This document shows positions 9,598-19,079 of a stretch of 64,000 bases of DNA, one piece after another. This DNA comes from an uncultured Solirubrobacteraceae bacterium (GTDB taxonomy: Bacteria; Actinomycetota; Thermoleophilia; Solirubrobacterales; Solirubrobacteraceae). A program made the position numbers and the translations under genes. The notes beneath the pieces were generated by a model. It saw nothing but the letters and a program-made list of their open reading frames with translations. It made no database searches and was not told the origin of the DNA. The DNA is taken from positions 32,001 through 96,000 of the forward strand of contig CAZPQW010000007.1 of NCBI GenBank assembly GCA_964588985.1, in the 5' to 3' direction. Position 1 is the stretch's first letter, and every line of letters starts with the position of its first letter.

Positions 9598-10782
9598 CTA
9601 AAGCAGTTGCGGTTCCAGCTCGGCACGCGCCATCTCAAAAGGATCGACCGTCGAACGCGCCGGCCGCGTTTCGCGCACTTTCACCCTCAGGTCGACCACC
9701 ACAGCCATAGGTAGGTAGTAGCGACCACGGCCTTGCCCAACGGCCTCGAGGAGCTTGGCGTCGACTATCGCCTTCAGGTCTCGGCTCGCTGTGAGGTCGG
9801 ATATCTCCTCGCCGAGGGTTTCGTCGACCAACCTCCTGTACGTGGCGTTACGTAGCCGAATGCCGTAGGCGGCGTCATAGAGCGCTACAGCTGCGCGCTC
9901 GGGGAGGCCGTTCTCGGCCGCAAGCTTGGAAGCCGACACCCACAATCCCTCCGCCTCCTCGATGCGCCTAAGGTGGGTCATCGCCTGGTGGTAATGCGCG
10001 GTGAGGCAGAACCGAATCCAGAGTTCGGTGCTGCCAGAGGGGTTCCAGGAACCCCTCCCGACCTCAGCCAGAACGTCGTAGTACGCCTGCGTATTACGAC
10101 CGAGATACTCCTCGATGCTGGAGAACACGGGCGCAACGATCTGCTCTCGCGCGAGAACCAGTGTTTGCAACGCTCTCGCCATACGCCCGTTGCCGTCGCG
10201 GTATGGATGAACCATCACGAGATTGAGGTGGGCGACGGCAGCACGAACCAGAACGGGAGCTCGGCTCTCCTCGAGCTCTTTGATCGTGGAATCGATCAAT
10301 GCGGGAATACGGTCTGCGTCCGGGCCTTCGTAGACGATCTGGCCGGTCTCGTCGTTGCGGACGTAGATGTCCCCGGGCCGCCAGCGACCTGGGCTCTTGC
10401 TCAGGTCGTGCTTGATCATCATGAAGTGGAGCGCCTTGAGCAGACCTTCATCGACCTCTGGCGCCGTCTCGTCTTGGGCGACCTGCAGAACGTACGTCAT
10501 CGCATCTCGATAGCCAGCGAGCGCGAGTCGCGTCTCCTCGTCCGCATCGAGCGTGGGCTCATCGTCAACAGCCGCGAGGACGTCATCGAGGCTCGCGTTG
10601 TAGCCCTCAATGCTGTTGGAGCCCTGAACTGCACGGGCGAATGCCATGCGTCTGAGGCTCCCAGACCAACGCTTCGGCTCGGCCACGCGAAAGCGAAGCT
10701 GCTGCCTGGCCTCGTCGATGAGGGCCAGGACACGCATCTCAAGGGGCCCGCACTCGGGGGTTTTGAAGACCGACTCGGCCAT
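9598..10782 (-). CDS. Fic family protein with N-terminal inhibitory helix and C-terminal winged-HTH-like region
   Basis: HPYRDGNGRMAR Fic motif, SNSIEG inhibitory motif and TASRDLKAIVDAKLL. More AT-rich than its neighbours. Confidence 0.92.
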   Translation of the reverse strand: MAESVFKTPECGPLEMRVLALIDEARQQLRFRVAEPKRWSGSLRRMAFARAVQGSNSIEGYNASLDDVLAAVDDEPTLDADEETRLALAGYRDAMTYVLQVAQDETAPEVDEGLLKALHFMMIKHDLSKSPGRWRPGDIYVRNDETGQIVYEGPDADRIPALIDSTIKELEESRAPVLVRAAVAHLNLVMVHPYRDGNGRMARALQTLVLAREQIVAPVFSSIEEYLGRNTQAYYDVLAEVGRGSWNPSGSTELWIRFCLTAHYHQAMTHLRRIEEAEGLWVSASKLAAENGLPERAAVALYDAAYGIRLRNATYRRLVDETLGEEISDLTASRDLKAIVDAKLLEAVGQGRGRYYLPMAVVVDLRVKVRETRPARSTVDPFEMARAELEPQLL

Positions 10783-10801
10783 GATAGGTTCAATCTATCA
10801 T
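10781..10801. promoter_or_regulatory. Inverted repeat ATGATAG-N7-CTATCAT over the fic start (candidate operator)
   Basis: Perfect 7-bp arms at 10781-10787 and 10795-10801. Confidence 0.5.
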
Positions 10802-10827
10802 TCCATCATGCAGCTCCTCGCTCCTTC

Positions 10828-12246
10828 CTACTGCACCAGATGCGAGTTTTCGCGGTAGTGCTCGATCCCGATCGGCGACCCGAATGGGTTGAAGTGCACG
10901 GCCTTCAGCAGCGGAGTCACCTCGGGGCCAAACGCGAGCAGGATGTACACGCCGACGGCGAGTAGGCAGACCGTCAGCCGCCGGCGCTCGGCGAGGGCGG
11001 CGAACGGGAGGATCCACGCGATGTACCAGGGCGCGAACCAGCTGGTCGTCATCCACACCACGAACAGGCTCGCGCCGGCCAGCGCGATCCAGTCCCTGCC
11101 GGGCCGGCTCGCGGAGACCGCGGCATAGAGCACGAACCCGCCCGCGAGCACGGTCAGGACGGTGCGCAGCGTGTCCGTCTCGCCGCCCTGCCCGAGCGCC
11201 CACCCGAGCAGGTTCGCGGGACCGATGCCCGTGACGAGCTTGGTCTGCGGGCCAACACCGGGTACGTGCAGGCCAAACGCCACCAGGCTCGCCAACCCCA
11301 GCGTCGCGATCGCGATCGCGAATCCGGTCACGAACGCGCGCCGCCGCGGAGCGATCGCGAAGGCGATCGGAATCGCCACGGCGGCCGAGGCCTTCACACC
11401 GGCGGCCGCGACGAACGCGCCGGCCGCGAGACACTCCCGGGCAATGCGGGCGCGCAGCAGCGGCAGCCGGACACTCGGGGAGCCGGCGCGCGCTCGGATC
11501 AGCAGATGAACGCCGAGCACCAGCGGCAGAACCATCAGCACGTCGTTGTGGTCCGCGCCGATCCCCCACACGAGCACGATCGGATTCAGACCGACAAGCA
11601 GTAGCGCGCGGACGGGATCGCGGCCGAGGATCTGCGCGGAGCGCCACACGAGCGCCAGGACGGAGAGGCTCGCAAGGAGGAGGATCGCCTTCAGCGTCCA
11701 AAAGGCGCCCGCCACGCCGAGCGGCACGAGCAGATACGTCAAAAGGGTGAAGATCGGCCCGTAAGGGGACACCAGCCAGTGCCAGTTGCTGAGCGTGAAA
11801 GTCGCGTCGTTCTGCGGCTCGAGCATCGGCACCGTGGTGTAGGGGTTGAGGTGGTGCACGACCCCCATGCGCCCGTAGTTGATGTAGTTGAACACGTCGG
11901 TGTACTGCAGCGGCGGAGCGAGCAGGAACGCGAGGTGAATCGCGAGGATCGCGCCGATCACCCAGCGCAAACGGAGCTTCCCGGAGAGCGCGACGGCCGT
12001 CACGTACGCGAGGTACATCGTGCCGAGGAACACCGTCACCCATGTGTGCACGGCGTGTTCGCCAAGCGCCCGCCCCGGCCACAGGCCCCTCAGCGGCCCT
12101 GCCATCCACGCGGGGAAGTACAGCGCGTTGCTCGTGGGCACCATGAAGGTCGGGTGAGCGGCCGTCAGCGCAACCAGCATCACGCCCGGCACGACCAGGC
12201 CGAGCAGCGCAACAGCAGCGAGAACCCCGAGCAGTTTTCGATACAC
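10828..12246 (-). CDS. GT-C polyprenol-phosphate-sugar-dependent glycosyltransferase (GT87/MptB-like), paralog 1
   Basis: Multi-TM. TDVFNY, SPYGP, NP...HND and PWY motifs. Confidence 0.82.
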   Translation of the reverse strand: MYRKLLGVLAAVALLGLVVPGVMLVALTAAHPTFMVPTSNALYFPAWMAGPLRGLWPGRALGEHAVHTWVTVFLGTMYLAYVTAVALSGKLRLRWVIGAILAIHLAFLLAPPLQYTDVFNYINYGRMGVVHHLNPYTTVPMLEPQNDATFTLSNWHWLVSPYGPIFTLLTYLLVPLGVAGAFWTLKAILLLASLSVLALVWRSAQILGRDPVRALLLVGLNPIVLVWGIGADHNDVLMVLPLVLGVHLLIRARAGSPSVRLPLLRARIARECLAAGAFVAAAGVKASAAVAIPIAFAIAPRRRAFVTGFAIAIATLGLASLVAFGLHVPGVGPQTKLVTGIGPANLLGWALGQGGETDTLRTVLTVLAGGFVLYAAVSASRPGRDWIALAGASLFVVWMTTSWFAPWYIAWILPFAALAERRRLTVCLLAVGVYILLAFGPEVTPLLKAVHFNPFGSPIGIEHYRENSHLVQ

Positions 12247-12261
12247 GCGTCGAAGAACCCG

Positions 12262-13686
12262 CTACTGGGCGCCGAGGTAGTTGAAGTAGCGCACCTCTTC
12301 GCGGCCGAGGCGATCGGCTCGCGGGTGGAAATGGAGCGCGTCCTCGATCTCCGCGAGACTCGGGCTGCAGGCGATCAGCGCGTAGAGGGTGTAGAGGAGC
12401 AGCAGTCGGCGCCAGCGCCTGGTGGCGACGAGCGCCGCGAACGGCAGCGCCCACAGCACGTACCACGGCGCGCTCCAGCCGAGGGTGAAGATCAGCGCGA
12501 TCGCCGCGACGCATCCGCACTCGAACGCGTCCATCGGGCGTTTCAGCGCGCGCGCCGCCGACATCAGGATCACGATCGCCGCGAGGCCCGTGAGCGCCGT
12601 CCGCAGCCCAGAGGTCGCGCCGCCCAGGCCGAGCACGATTCCGAGCAGGTTGGGCAGCCCCTCAGGCGAGACGAGTTTGCTCTGCGCACTGACGCCTCCG
12701 AGATGCGGGCCGAACGCGAGCAGACTCACGCCGACGAGCAGGACCGCGGCGGTGCCCATCCCGACCAGCAGCGGACGACGACGGGGCGCGATCGCGAGCG
12801 CCAGCGGCAGGAAGATCACGGCCGGCGACTTGATCCCCACGGCCGCCACGAGCATCGCGCCCGCTGCCAGCTCCGGACCGAACAGGCCTGTGCGAGAGGG
12901 CGCAGACGCCTCTCGCTCCTGCCCGACCATCTCGCCCCGTAAGCGAGGAACAAGCAGCAGGTAGATCGCCGCGAACACCAGCAGCATCATCATGAAGTCG
13001 TTGTGCTCGCCGCCGAGGCCCCACACGATCACGATCGGATTGAGCCCCACGAGCGCCACCGCGAGCTGGGGCGAACGGCCGAGCAGTCGCGCCAAGCGCC
13101 ACACCAGGGCCAGCAGCCCCAGGCTGCACAGGCCCATGATGATCTTCAGCGCCCAGAACGAGCCGGCGACGCCGAGGGGAACGAGTGCGTAGGTGATGAG
13201 CGTGAACAGCTGCCCATAGGGCGAGCGCAGGTAGTGCCAGTTGCTGATCGCGTACGCCGGATCGTCGTGCGGCTCGTACAGCGGCAGCGTCGAGTAAGGG
13301 TTCAGGTGGTGGACGACACCCATGCGGCCGTAGTTGATGTAGTTGAACACGTCGGTGTACTCGAGCGGCGGCGAGAGCAGGAACGTCAGCTGCACCGCGA
13401 AGATCGCGCCCACGATCCACCCCGGATGCATCTTCGGTGCACCGCGCAGCACCAGCAGGTACGCCACGAACAGCAGTCCGAACGCCACGGTCACCATGCG
13501 CTCGACGGTGCGCGTGCGCGGGATCGTCGCCGGCCACAGTCCCCTCAACGGACCGGACATCCACGCGGGGTAGCTCCTAGAGATGGCCGTCGGGCTGAGG
13601 ATGCTGGCGCCGTGCGCTGCAAACGCCACGAGCGCCACGCACAACAGCACCAGCGCGAACAGCGGCAAGAGCCTCGCGACCGCCAC
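12262..13686 (-). CDS. GT-C glycosyltransferase (GT87/MptB-like), paralog 2
   Basis: TDVFNYINYGRMG, SPYGQ, GGEHND and PWY. Start approximate (GTG 13686). Confidence 0.8.
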   Translation of the reverse strand: MAVARLLPLFALVLLCVALVAFAAHGASILSPTAISRSYPAWMSGPLRGLWPATIPRTRTVERMVTVAFGLLFVAYLLVLRGAPKMHPGWIVGAIFAVQLTFLLSPPLEYTDVFNYINYGRMGVVHHLNPYSTLPLYEPHDDPAYAISNWHYLRSPYGQLFTLITYALVPLGVAGSFWALKIIMGLCSLGLLALVWRLARLLGRSPQLAVALVGLNPIVIVWGLGGEHNDFMMMLLVFAAIYLLLVPRLRGEMVGQEREASAPSRTGLFGPELAAGAMLVAAVGIKSPAVIFLPLALAIAPRRRPLLVGMGTAAVLLVGVSLLAFGPHLGGVSAQSKLVSPEGLPNLLGIVLGLGGATSGLRTALTGLAAIVILMSAARALKRPMDAFECGCVAAIALIFTLGWSAPWYVLWALPFAALVATRRWRRLLLLYTLYALIACSPSLAEIEDALHFHPRADRLGREEVRYFNYLGAQ

Positions 13687-13748
13687 CGCCTGGGAGCGCC
13701 AGTGTGGGCTGGAGGACCGCTCGACGGGCTCGTGACCGACTCGGACGG

Positions 13749-16055
13749 CTACGGCGCCGCCGTCTGCTGCGGCTGAGGAGAGTATCCCGGGTGAACGTGG
13801 CACGTTGGTGGTGGGTATCCCGCCATGATCGGGGCTGCCGGGATGTGCGTCAGGGACCCGTAGGCCCGTGAGGTGAGCGTCGCCGCCTGCACCTGGACGC
13901 TGTCTGCGGCCGGGACCGGCACCGTCGCAACGAACTGTACCGTGCTCGCGCCACCCGACAGCTGCAGTCGATGCGTGATTTCGGCGCTTCCCGCCGCTGT
14001 CGCGACGCGCTGCTCGGTGCCGTCGGGGAAGCGCGCGATCACCGTCCCGAACGCCGGTTCCAGGCCCGTGAGGCCGACCGTGAGCGTCGCCGTGACAGGC
14101 TGCGAGCGCGACCCGCCGCTGAGCGTGAGACCGGCGCTCGTGCATCTCACGCGCAGCGGATACAGCGTGGCCCTTCGCACTTCGCCCTGGGCGCGTTCTC
14201 CGAGCGTGCGCTTCAGCCGCGCGAGATACGGGCGCAGGTCGAAGAACCACAGGTCTCCTGCTCGGCTGACGAGCGGCTGCTCGCCGAGTTGGGTGTGCAG
14301 CGCGCTGCGCAGTACCGCCGGTGAGACCCGATAGCCGCTCGGCTCGATCACCAGCCCGTCGAAGCCGCTCAGCGAGGCGGCGGCGAGGGCGAGGGCGAGC
14401 GGCTTCGCCGCTAGTTCGCTCTCCCAGTCCTGGGGTCTGCCCTTCGCCACGCCGTAGCTCCAGCGCAGCGACGTCGAGGTGATGTAGCCGCGCGTCTCCT
14501 CATAGGTGGTGCCGAAGTTGGGGCTCGCGAAGCCGACCGCGGACAGCGGCGCTCCGTAGCCCTCGGGGAACGGAACGTAGGGCAGCTCGAACACAGACCC
14601 GTTCGCCCCCAGGCGTGCCTGCACCTGGTCGAAGAAGGCGCTGTCGCTGCGGTACTCCGCGGCCGACGCGTGGAACTTCGGAACGAAGTCCGAGCTCGTC
14701 TCGTCGAGCACGCCCACGACGAGCAGCCCAACGATCGCGATCGTGGGCCAGTGCGTCCCTCTTCGCCGGCGCGCGAGCCAGCGCAGGCCGGCTTGGGTCA
14801 GGCATGCCGCCGCGAGCAGCGAGAAGAACGCGATGAACAGCGACATGCGGTTCCAGCCGCGCACGTCAGGTGTGAGGAAGTACGCCAGCAGCGAGGAGAA
14901 CCCGCCGATGGACGCGATCAGCAGCGACAGGAGCACGCCGAGCGCCGCCGGCCGATAGAGACGGGAACCCGCCAGCAGCGTTCCCGCGCCGAGCAGAGCG
15001 GCGAGCGCGCCGGCGAGCAGCCACACGAACCCCACGTCGCCGACGCTCCCGAGCGTCTCGTAGCACTGCTCGCAGTAGCTCGAGGAGCCGGCCTTGGCGT
15101 ATTCGCCGTTGAGGTCGCTCAGCAGCGGGAGGCGGTGGCCCTGTACGGGCAGGAGCAGCTGGGCTGGCTTCAGCCCGAGCAGTTCGGTGTCTGTGAGGCT
15201 GCGCGCGATCGACTGGTTCGCGCCGTGTTCGGCGCGATAGACGAGGCTCGGGGAGAGGTTCGCCACGAGCACCACGCCGATCAGCAGCACGCAGCCGAGC
15301 GCGCTCGTCACCGCCGCTCTTCCGGTGCGCGCGACCAGCGCCACCAGCGCACCGGCGGACAGGAGCACGAGCGCGAACGCCGCGTAGTAGAGGCCCGAGG
15401 ACGCGATCATCACGCACAGCAGCACCGTTCGCGCCGTGCGCCACGACAGCCACGCGAGCGCCCCGCTTGCCGGCGAGGCTCGCCGCTGGAAGCGCGCCTC
15501 CCCCAGGAAGGTGCACAGGAACAGATACGCGGACAGCGGGACGGAGTAGTACGCCGACAGCGTCAGCTGCGACTCGTTGCGGTAGAAGTGGTAGGGGAGC
15601 AGTGCGAACAGCACCGCCGCGACGGCCGCGGGCGCGGCCGCGACTTCGAGCTTGCGCATCACCAGGAAGGCGCTCGCCGCGGCGAGCGGGAACGTGAGCA
15701 GGTAGAACAGGTTGTCGATCAGCGCGGGGTTCGAGCTGAACAGCGCCAGCACGCGGATGATCGCGAAGTTGAGGTTGTCCGCCCCCTGCGGGAAGTCCGC
15801 CAGCTGTTGCCCGAACGGCGCGCCGAGACTCGACCCGGCTTCGAACCAGCCGTGACGGATCACGCTCCTGATCAGCATCAGATAGAACTTCGTGTCGTCG
15901 AGCTGCGCGTAGCGAAATGGCAGCGCGAGGTCGGCCTGCCACAGCTTCATGGCCCAGCCGGCAGCCACCAGCGTCAGCATTGCGACCACGGCCGCCTCTG
16001 CCCAGAGACGGCGAGGAGTCGAGGAGCGATTGCCTGCGGTGCCTCCTCGGCGCAC
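13749..16055 (-). CDS. Large multi-pass membrane protein, probably GT-C-like, with C-terminal extracytoplasmic domain
   Basis: Many TM helices. LGAPFG, PYHFYR, RGWNR and ELPYVPFPE motifs. Co-oriented with the GT-C genes. Confidence 0.6.
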   Translation of the reverse strand: MRRGGTAGNRSSTPRRLWAEAAVVAMLTLVAAGWAMKLWQADLALPFRYAQLDDTKFYLMLIRSVIRHGWFEAGSSLGAPFGQQLADFPQGADNLNFAIIRVLALFSSNPALIDNLFYLLTFPLAAASAFLVMRKLEVAAAPAAVAAVLFALLPYHFYRNESQLTLSAYYSVPLSAYLFLCTFLGEARFQRRASPASGALAWLSWRTARTVLLCVMIASSGLYYAAFALVLLSAGALVALVARTGRAAVTSALGCVLLIGVVLVANLSPSLVYRAEHGANQSIARSLTDTELLGLKPAQLLLPVQGHRLPLLSDLNGEYAKAGSSSYCEQCYETLGSVGDVGFVWLLAGALAALLGAGTLLAGSRLYRPAALGVLLSLLIASIGGFSSLLAYFLTPDVRGWNRMSLFIAFFSLLAAACLTQAGLRWLARRRRGTHWPTIAIVGLLVVGVLDETSSDFVPKFHASAAEYRSDSAFFDQVQARLGANGSVFELPYVPFPEGYGAPLSAVGFASPNFGTTYEETRGYITSTSLRWSYGVAKGRPQDWESELAAKPLALALAAASLSGFDGLVIEPSGYRVSPAVLRSALHTQLGEQPLVSRAGDLWFFDLRPYLARLKRTLGERAQGEVRRATLYPLRVRCTSAGLTLSGGSRSQPVTATLTVGLTGLEPAFGTVIARFPDGTEQRVATAAGSAEITHRLQLSGGASTVQFVATVPVPAADSVQVQAATLTSRAYGSLTHIPAAPIMAGYPPPTCHVHPGYSPQPQQTAAP

Positions 16056-16157
16056 GATCTCCTGACCCTATCGGTTCGCCTCGACGGCTCGCCGCGGACC
16101 TATCATGGCTTCGCGGCACATCGCCGCGCACAACGACCCGACGGGAGAAGAGCGCAA

Positions 16158-16592
16158 ATGGAGGCTTCCACGGAGTACCCCGGCGTGACCCGGGGCGAGG
16201 GCTACGCAGTCGCGCATCTGGAGGACCTCGGCGACGGTCCGGGGTTTCGCAAGGTGCGCAAGGGACTCGACGTCACAGCGTTCGGCGTGAACGCGATCGT
16301 GCTCCCGCCGGGCATCGAAACGGGCTTTCATTACCACGACCTCCAGGAGGAGCTCTACTTCGTGCACGCCGGCACGATCGAGATGGAGTTCGGGGACGGC
16401 TCCGTGCAACGCCTGCACGCGGGCGGTCTTGCACGCGTGGACGCCGCGACACTTCGCAAGATCCGCAACGTCGGCGACGTGGACGCTGTCTACCTGTGCG
16501 CGGGCGGCAAGGATGGATACATCGGTCGCGACGGGCGCGTGCGGCCCGGCGAGGAGGAGCGTGTGAAAGCGATGCACGACCTCTCCAAATGA
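16158..16592 (+). CDS. Cupin domain protein
   Basis: HYHDLQEELYFVHAG cupin motif. GGGAG upstream of ATG. Confidence 0.85.
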   Translation: MEASTEYPGVTRGEGYAVAHLEDLGDGPGFRKVRKGLDVTAFGVNAIVLPPGIETGFHYHDLQEELYFVHAGTIEMEFGDGSVQRLHAGGLARVDAATLRKIRNVGDVDAVYLCAGGKDGYIGRDGRVRPGEEERVKAMHDLSK

Positions 16593-16607
16593 GCGGCGGC
16601 GAGCGCG

Positions 16608-17042
16608 GTGAGCGAGGCTGAGGATTCCCAGCGGCTGCTGCGCGTCGCGGGCGGTCCGACGATCCCGCTCGCCGAGATCGTCCTGCGCACGAGCCGCTCG
16701 TCGGGGCCCGGGGGCCAGCACGCGAATGTGACCGCCTCGCGCGTGGAAGCGGTCTTCGACGTGACCGCCTCCCCCTCGCTGAGCGAGCCCCAACGCGAGC
16801 GGCTGCTGGCGCGAGTCGGGCCGCGGGTCGTCGCGGTCGCACAGGACGAGCGCTCCCAGACGCGCAACCGCGAACTGGCGCTCAAGCGGCTCGCCGAGCG
16901 CGTCTCACGTGGGCTCGCGGTGCCCCGCAGCCGCCGCCCCACACGCCCGACCGCGGCCTCGCGCAAACGTCGCCTGCAGGAGAAGCGCCAGACGTCACGG
17001 CGCAAGCTCGACCGTCGCCCGCCGTCGGCGGACAGCGACTAG
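16608..17042 (+). CDS. arfB: Alternative ribosome rescue peptidyl-tRNA hydrolase
   Basis: RSSGPGGQHAN (GGQ motif), RSQTRNR and basic tail RRPTRPT...KRRL..KR. Confidence 0.93.
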   Translation: MSEAEDSQRLLRVAGGPTIPLAEIVLRTSRSSGPGGQHANVTASRVEAVFDVTASPSLSEPQRERLLARVGPRVVAVAQDERSQTRNRELALKRLAERVSRGLAVPRSRRPTRPTAASRKRRLQEKRQTSRRKLDRRPPSADSD

Positions 17043-18577
17043 TTCAGCAGCTCCTTGATGTAGCGCTGGTGCAGGCGCCCCACGGGCGTGTCTTCGGGAT
17101 GGAAGCCGATCGCGCTCCACAGCAGGCTGGACGCGGGCGCCCACGCGACGATCAGATAGGCCCCGGCCACGAGCACCGCCGCGCGCAGCCTGCGCGAGCT
17201 CGACAGCGCCGCAAGCGGCAGCGCCCACATCACGTACCACGGCAACACCCAGCTGAGCGTGAACACCAGCGCCACGCTCGCCCAGCCTGAAGCGGTGATC
17301 GCGTCCCGTCGACGCCACGCGAGCCTGCAGCAGAGCAGCATCACAATCGCCAGCGCGACCGTCATGACCGTGCGCAGCCCGTTCGTCTCACCGCCCTGCC
17401 CGATCGCGAGGCCGATCAGGTTCGGGACGCTCTCGTTGCTCACAACGTGGCTCTGAGTACTCAGATCGGGGATGTGCAGTCCGAACGCGAGCAGGCTGAC
17501 AGCGCCTACCACCACGCCGGCCGCGACCATGCCCAGCACGACCTGGATCAGTGCTCGCGGCGCGCGCAGCAGGCTCACCAGCACGACCGGGATCAGCACT
17601 CCACCCGAGGCCTTGATCGCGGCGGCGAGCACGAAGGCGGCGCCGGCGCCCATCTCGAGAGGCACGAGCGGCAGCAGCCAGCCGAGCATTCCTGTCGGCC
17701 GGTGCTCTGCGCGGTCCTCTCGCCCGGGCCGGGCGCGCAGCAGCAGGTAGAAGCCGAGCATGATGCACAGGATCATCAGCGCGTCGTTGTGGTCGCCCCC
17801 CAGCCCCCACACGAGCACGATCGGGTTCAACCCCACCAGCACGACGGCGGCCAGCGGGTCGCGACCCAGCAGGCGAGCGCACTTCCACACCAGCGCGATC
17901 GTCCCGAGGCTCGCGGCGGCGAGGAGGAGCTTCAGCGCCCAGAAGGATCCTGCCACGCCCAGGGGCACCACGACGAAGGTGAGCATCGTGAACAGCGGCC
18001 CGTAGGGGCTGCGCAGCTCGTGCCAGTTGCTGAGCCCGTAGCTCGGATCGTTGTGCGGCTCGAGGATCGGGATCGTGGTGTACGGGTTGAGGTTGTGCAC
18101 GACCTCCATGCGCCCGTAGTTGATGTAGTTGAACACATCCGTCAGCGTCAGCGGCGGCGAGAGCACGAAGATTACGTGCACCACGAGGATCGCGCCGAGC
18201 ACCCAGCGGACAGGCAGCTCCGGCGTGCAGCGCAGCAGCACCAGGTAGCTCAAGTACATCAGCACGATCGAGCCTGTGACCCAGTATTTGAGCGTCGTGC
18301 CGCTACTCGTCATGCTCGGCAGCAGACCTCCCAGCGGACCCGCCATCCAGCGCGGGAAGTAATCCGCGTGCGTCGTCGAGGCGAGCCAGCTCGGGCGATC
18401 GGCCGCCATCACGACCACCAGCAGGCTCAGCGCCACCATCGCCGCCATCGCGATCGCGCCGACTTTCGTGCGCGTGCTCGCGTCCCTCCACGCGCCGGTG
18501 CGTCCCCGCCACGGCCAGCGGCGCGCGCCGGGGAGAGATGTGTCCTGGAGCGGGATGGTCGTGGCGTCGCCCGGCAT
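17039..18577 (-). CDS. GT-C glycosyltransferase (GT87/MptB-like), paralog 3
   Basis: TDVFNYINYGRM, SPYGP, GGDHND and PWY. Multi-TM. Confidence 0.82.
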   Translation of the reverse strand: MPGDATTIPLQDTSLPGARRWPWRGRTGAWRDASTRTKVGAIAMAAMVALSLLVVVMAADRPSWLASTTHADYFPRWMAGPLGGLLPSMTSSGTTLKYWVTGSIVLMYLSYLVLLRCTPELPVRWVLGAILVVHVIFVLSPPLTLTDVFNYINYGRMEVVHNLNPYTTIPILEPHNDPSYGLSNWHELRSPYGPLFTMLTFVVVPLGVAGSFWALKLLLAAASLGTIALVWKCARLLGRDPLAAVVLVGLNPIVLVWGLGGDHNDALMILCIMLGFYLLLRARPGREDRAEHRPTGMLGWLLPLVPLEMGAGAAFVLAAAIKASGGVLIPVVLVSLLRAPRALIQVVLGMVAAGVVVGAVSLLAFGLHIPDLSTQSHVVSNESVPNLIGLAIGQGGETNGLRTVMTVALAIVMLLCCRLAWRRRDAITASGWASVALVFTLSWVLPWYVMWALPLAALSSSRRLRAAVLVAGAYLIVAWAPASSLLWSAIGFHPEDTPVGRLHQRYIKELLN

Positions 18578-18608
18578 GCTCAGCTGGGCGGACAGTATCC
18601 CGCGGGAT

Positions 18609-18639
18609 AAAAAAAGAGAGCCCGCCGAGGCGGGCTCTC
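18609..18639 (-). terminator. Rho-independent terminator of the cold-shock gene
   Basis: GAGAGCCCGCC/GGCGGGCTCTC stem followed by a T7 tract on the minus strand. Confidence 0.9.
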
Positions 18640-18664
18640 GCAGAGCCGAACTACGCTCGTCCGC

Positions 18665-18868
18665 TTAGATCGTCTGGACGTTGACAGCCTTGGGGCCCTT
18701 GTCGCCCTGCTCCGGGTCGTAGGAGACCTTTGCGCCCTCCTGCAGCGAGCGGTAACCCTCGCCGTTGATTCCGGTGTGATGGACGAAGAGGTCCTTGTCG
18801 CCGTCGTCAGGGGTGATGAAACCAAAACCCTTGTCGTCGCTGAACCACTTTACGGTGCCAGTTGGCAT
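18665..18868 (-). CDS. cspA: Cold-shock protein (CspA family)
   Basis: GTVKWF, KGFGFI and DLFVH. GGAGGA RBS. Confidence 0.96.
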   Translation of the reverse strand: MPTGTVKWFSDDKGFGFITPDDGDKDLFVHHTGINGEGYRSLQEGAKVSYDPEQGDKGPKAVNVQTI

Positions 18869-18988
18869 TTGTACTCCTCCACGGTATGTGCGTGCTGCTA
18901 CGCGGAGGATGCTTTAGAGCTTCGACCTGCGAGCGCTTGCACTACTTTCGCCGGTCTTATCCGCCGGCCATTCCGGACGACCGTAGCA
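18869..18988 (-). promoter_or_regulatory. Extended -10 promoter and structured 5' UTR of the csp gene
   Basis: TGcTACGGT at about 18988-18980. Anti-SD stem TCCTCCGCG (18909-18901) pairs with CGTGGAGGA (18883-18875). Confidence 0.55.
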
Positions 18989-19079
18989 CGTAAACGGGCC
19001 TGTGTGTTGTGGAGTTGTTGCGGCTTTGTGCCTAGCGTCCAATCGCCTACACAACGCCGCCGCGGCTAGGGTGAGGCCC

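Noticed and set aside
12262-14250. N-terminal extension of the GT-C paralog 2 ORF
   Set aside because: It overlaps the 13749-16055 gene and has no counterpart in the other paralogs.
14670-16157. 640-aa ORF ending in a cupin domain
   Set aside because: It is the antisense shadow of the membrane protein gene. The cupin starts at 16158.
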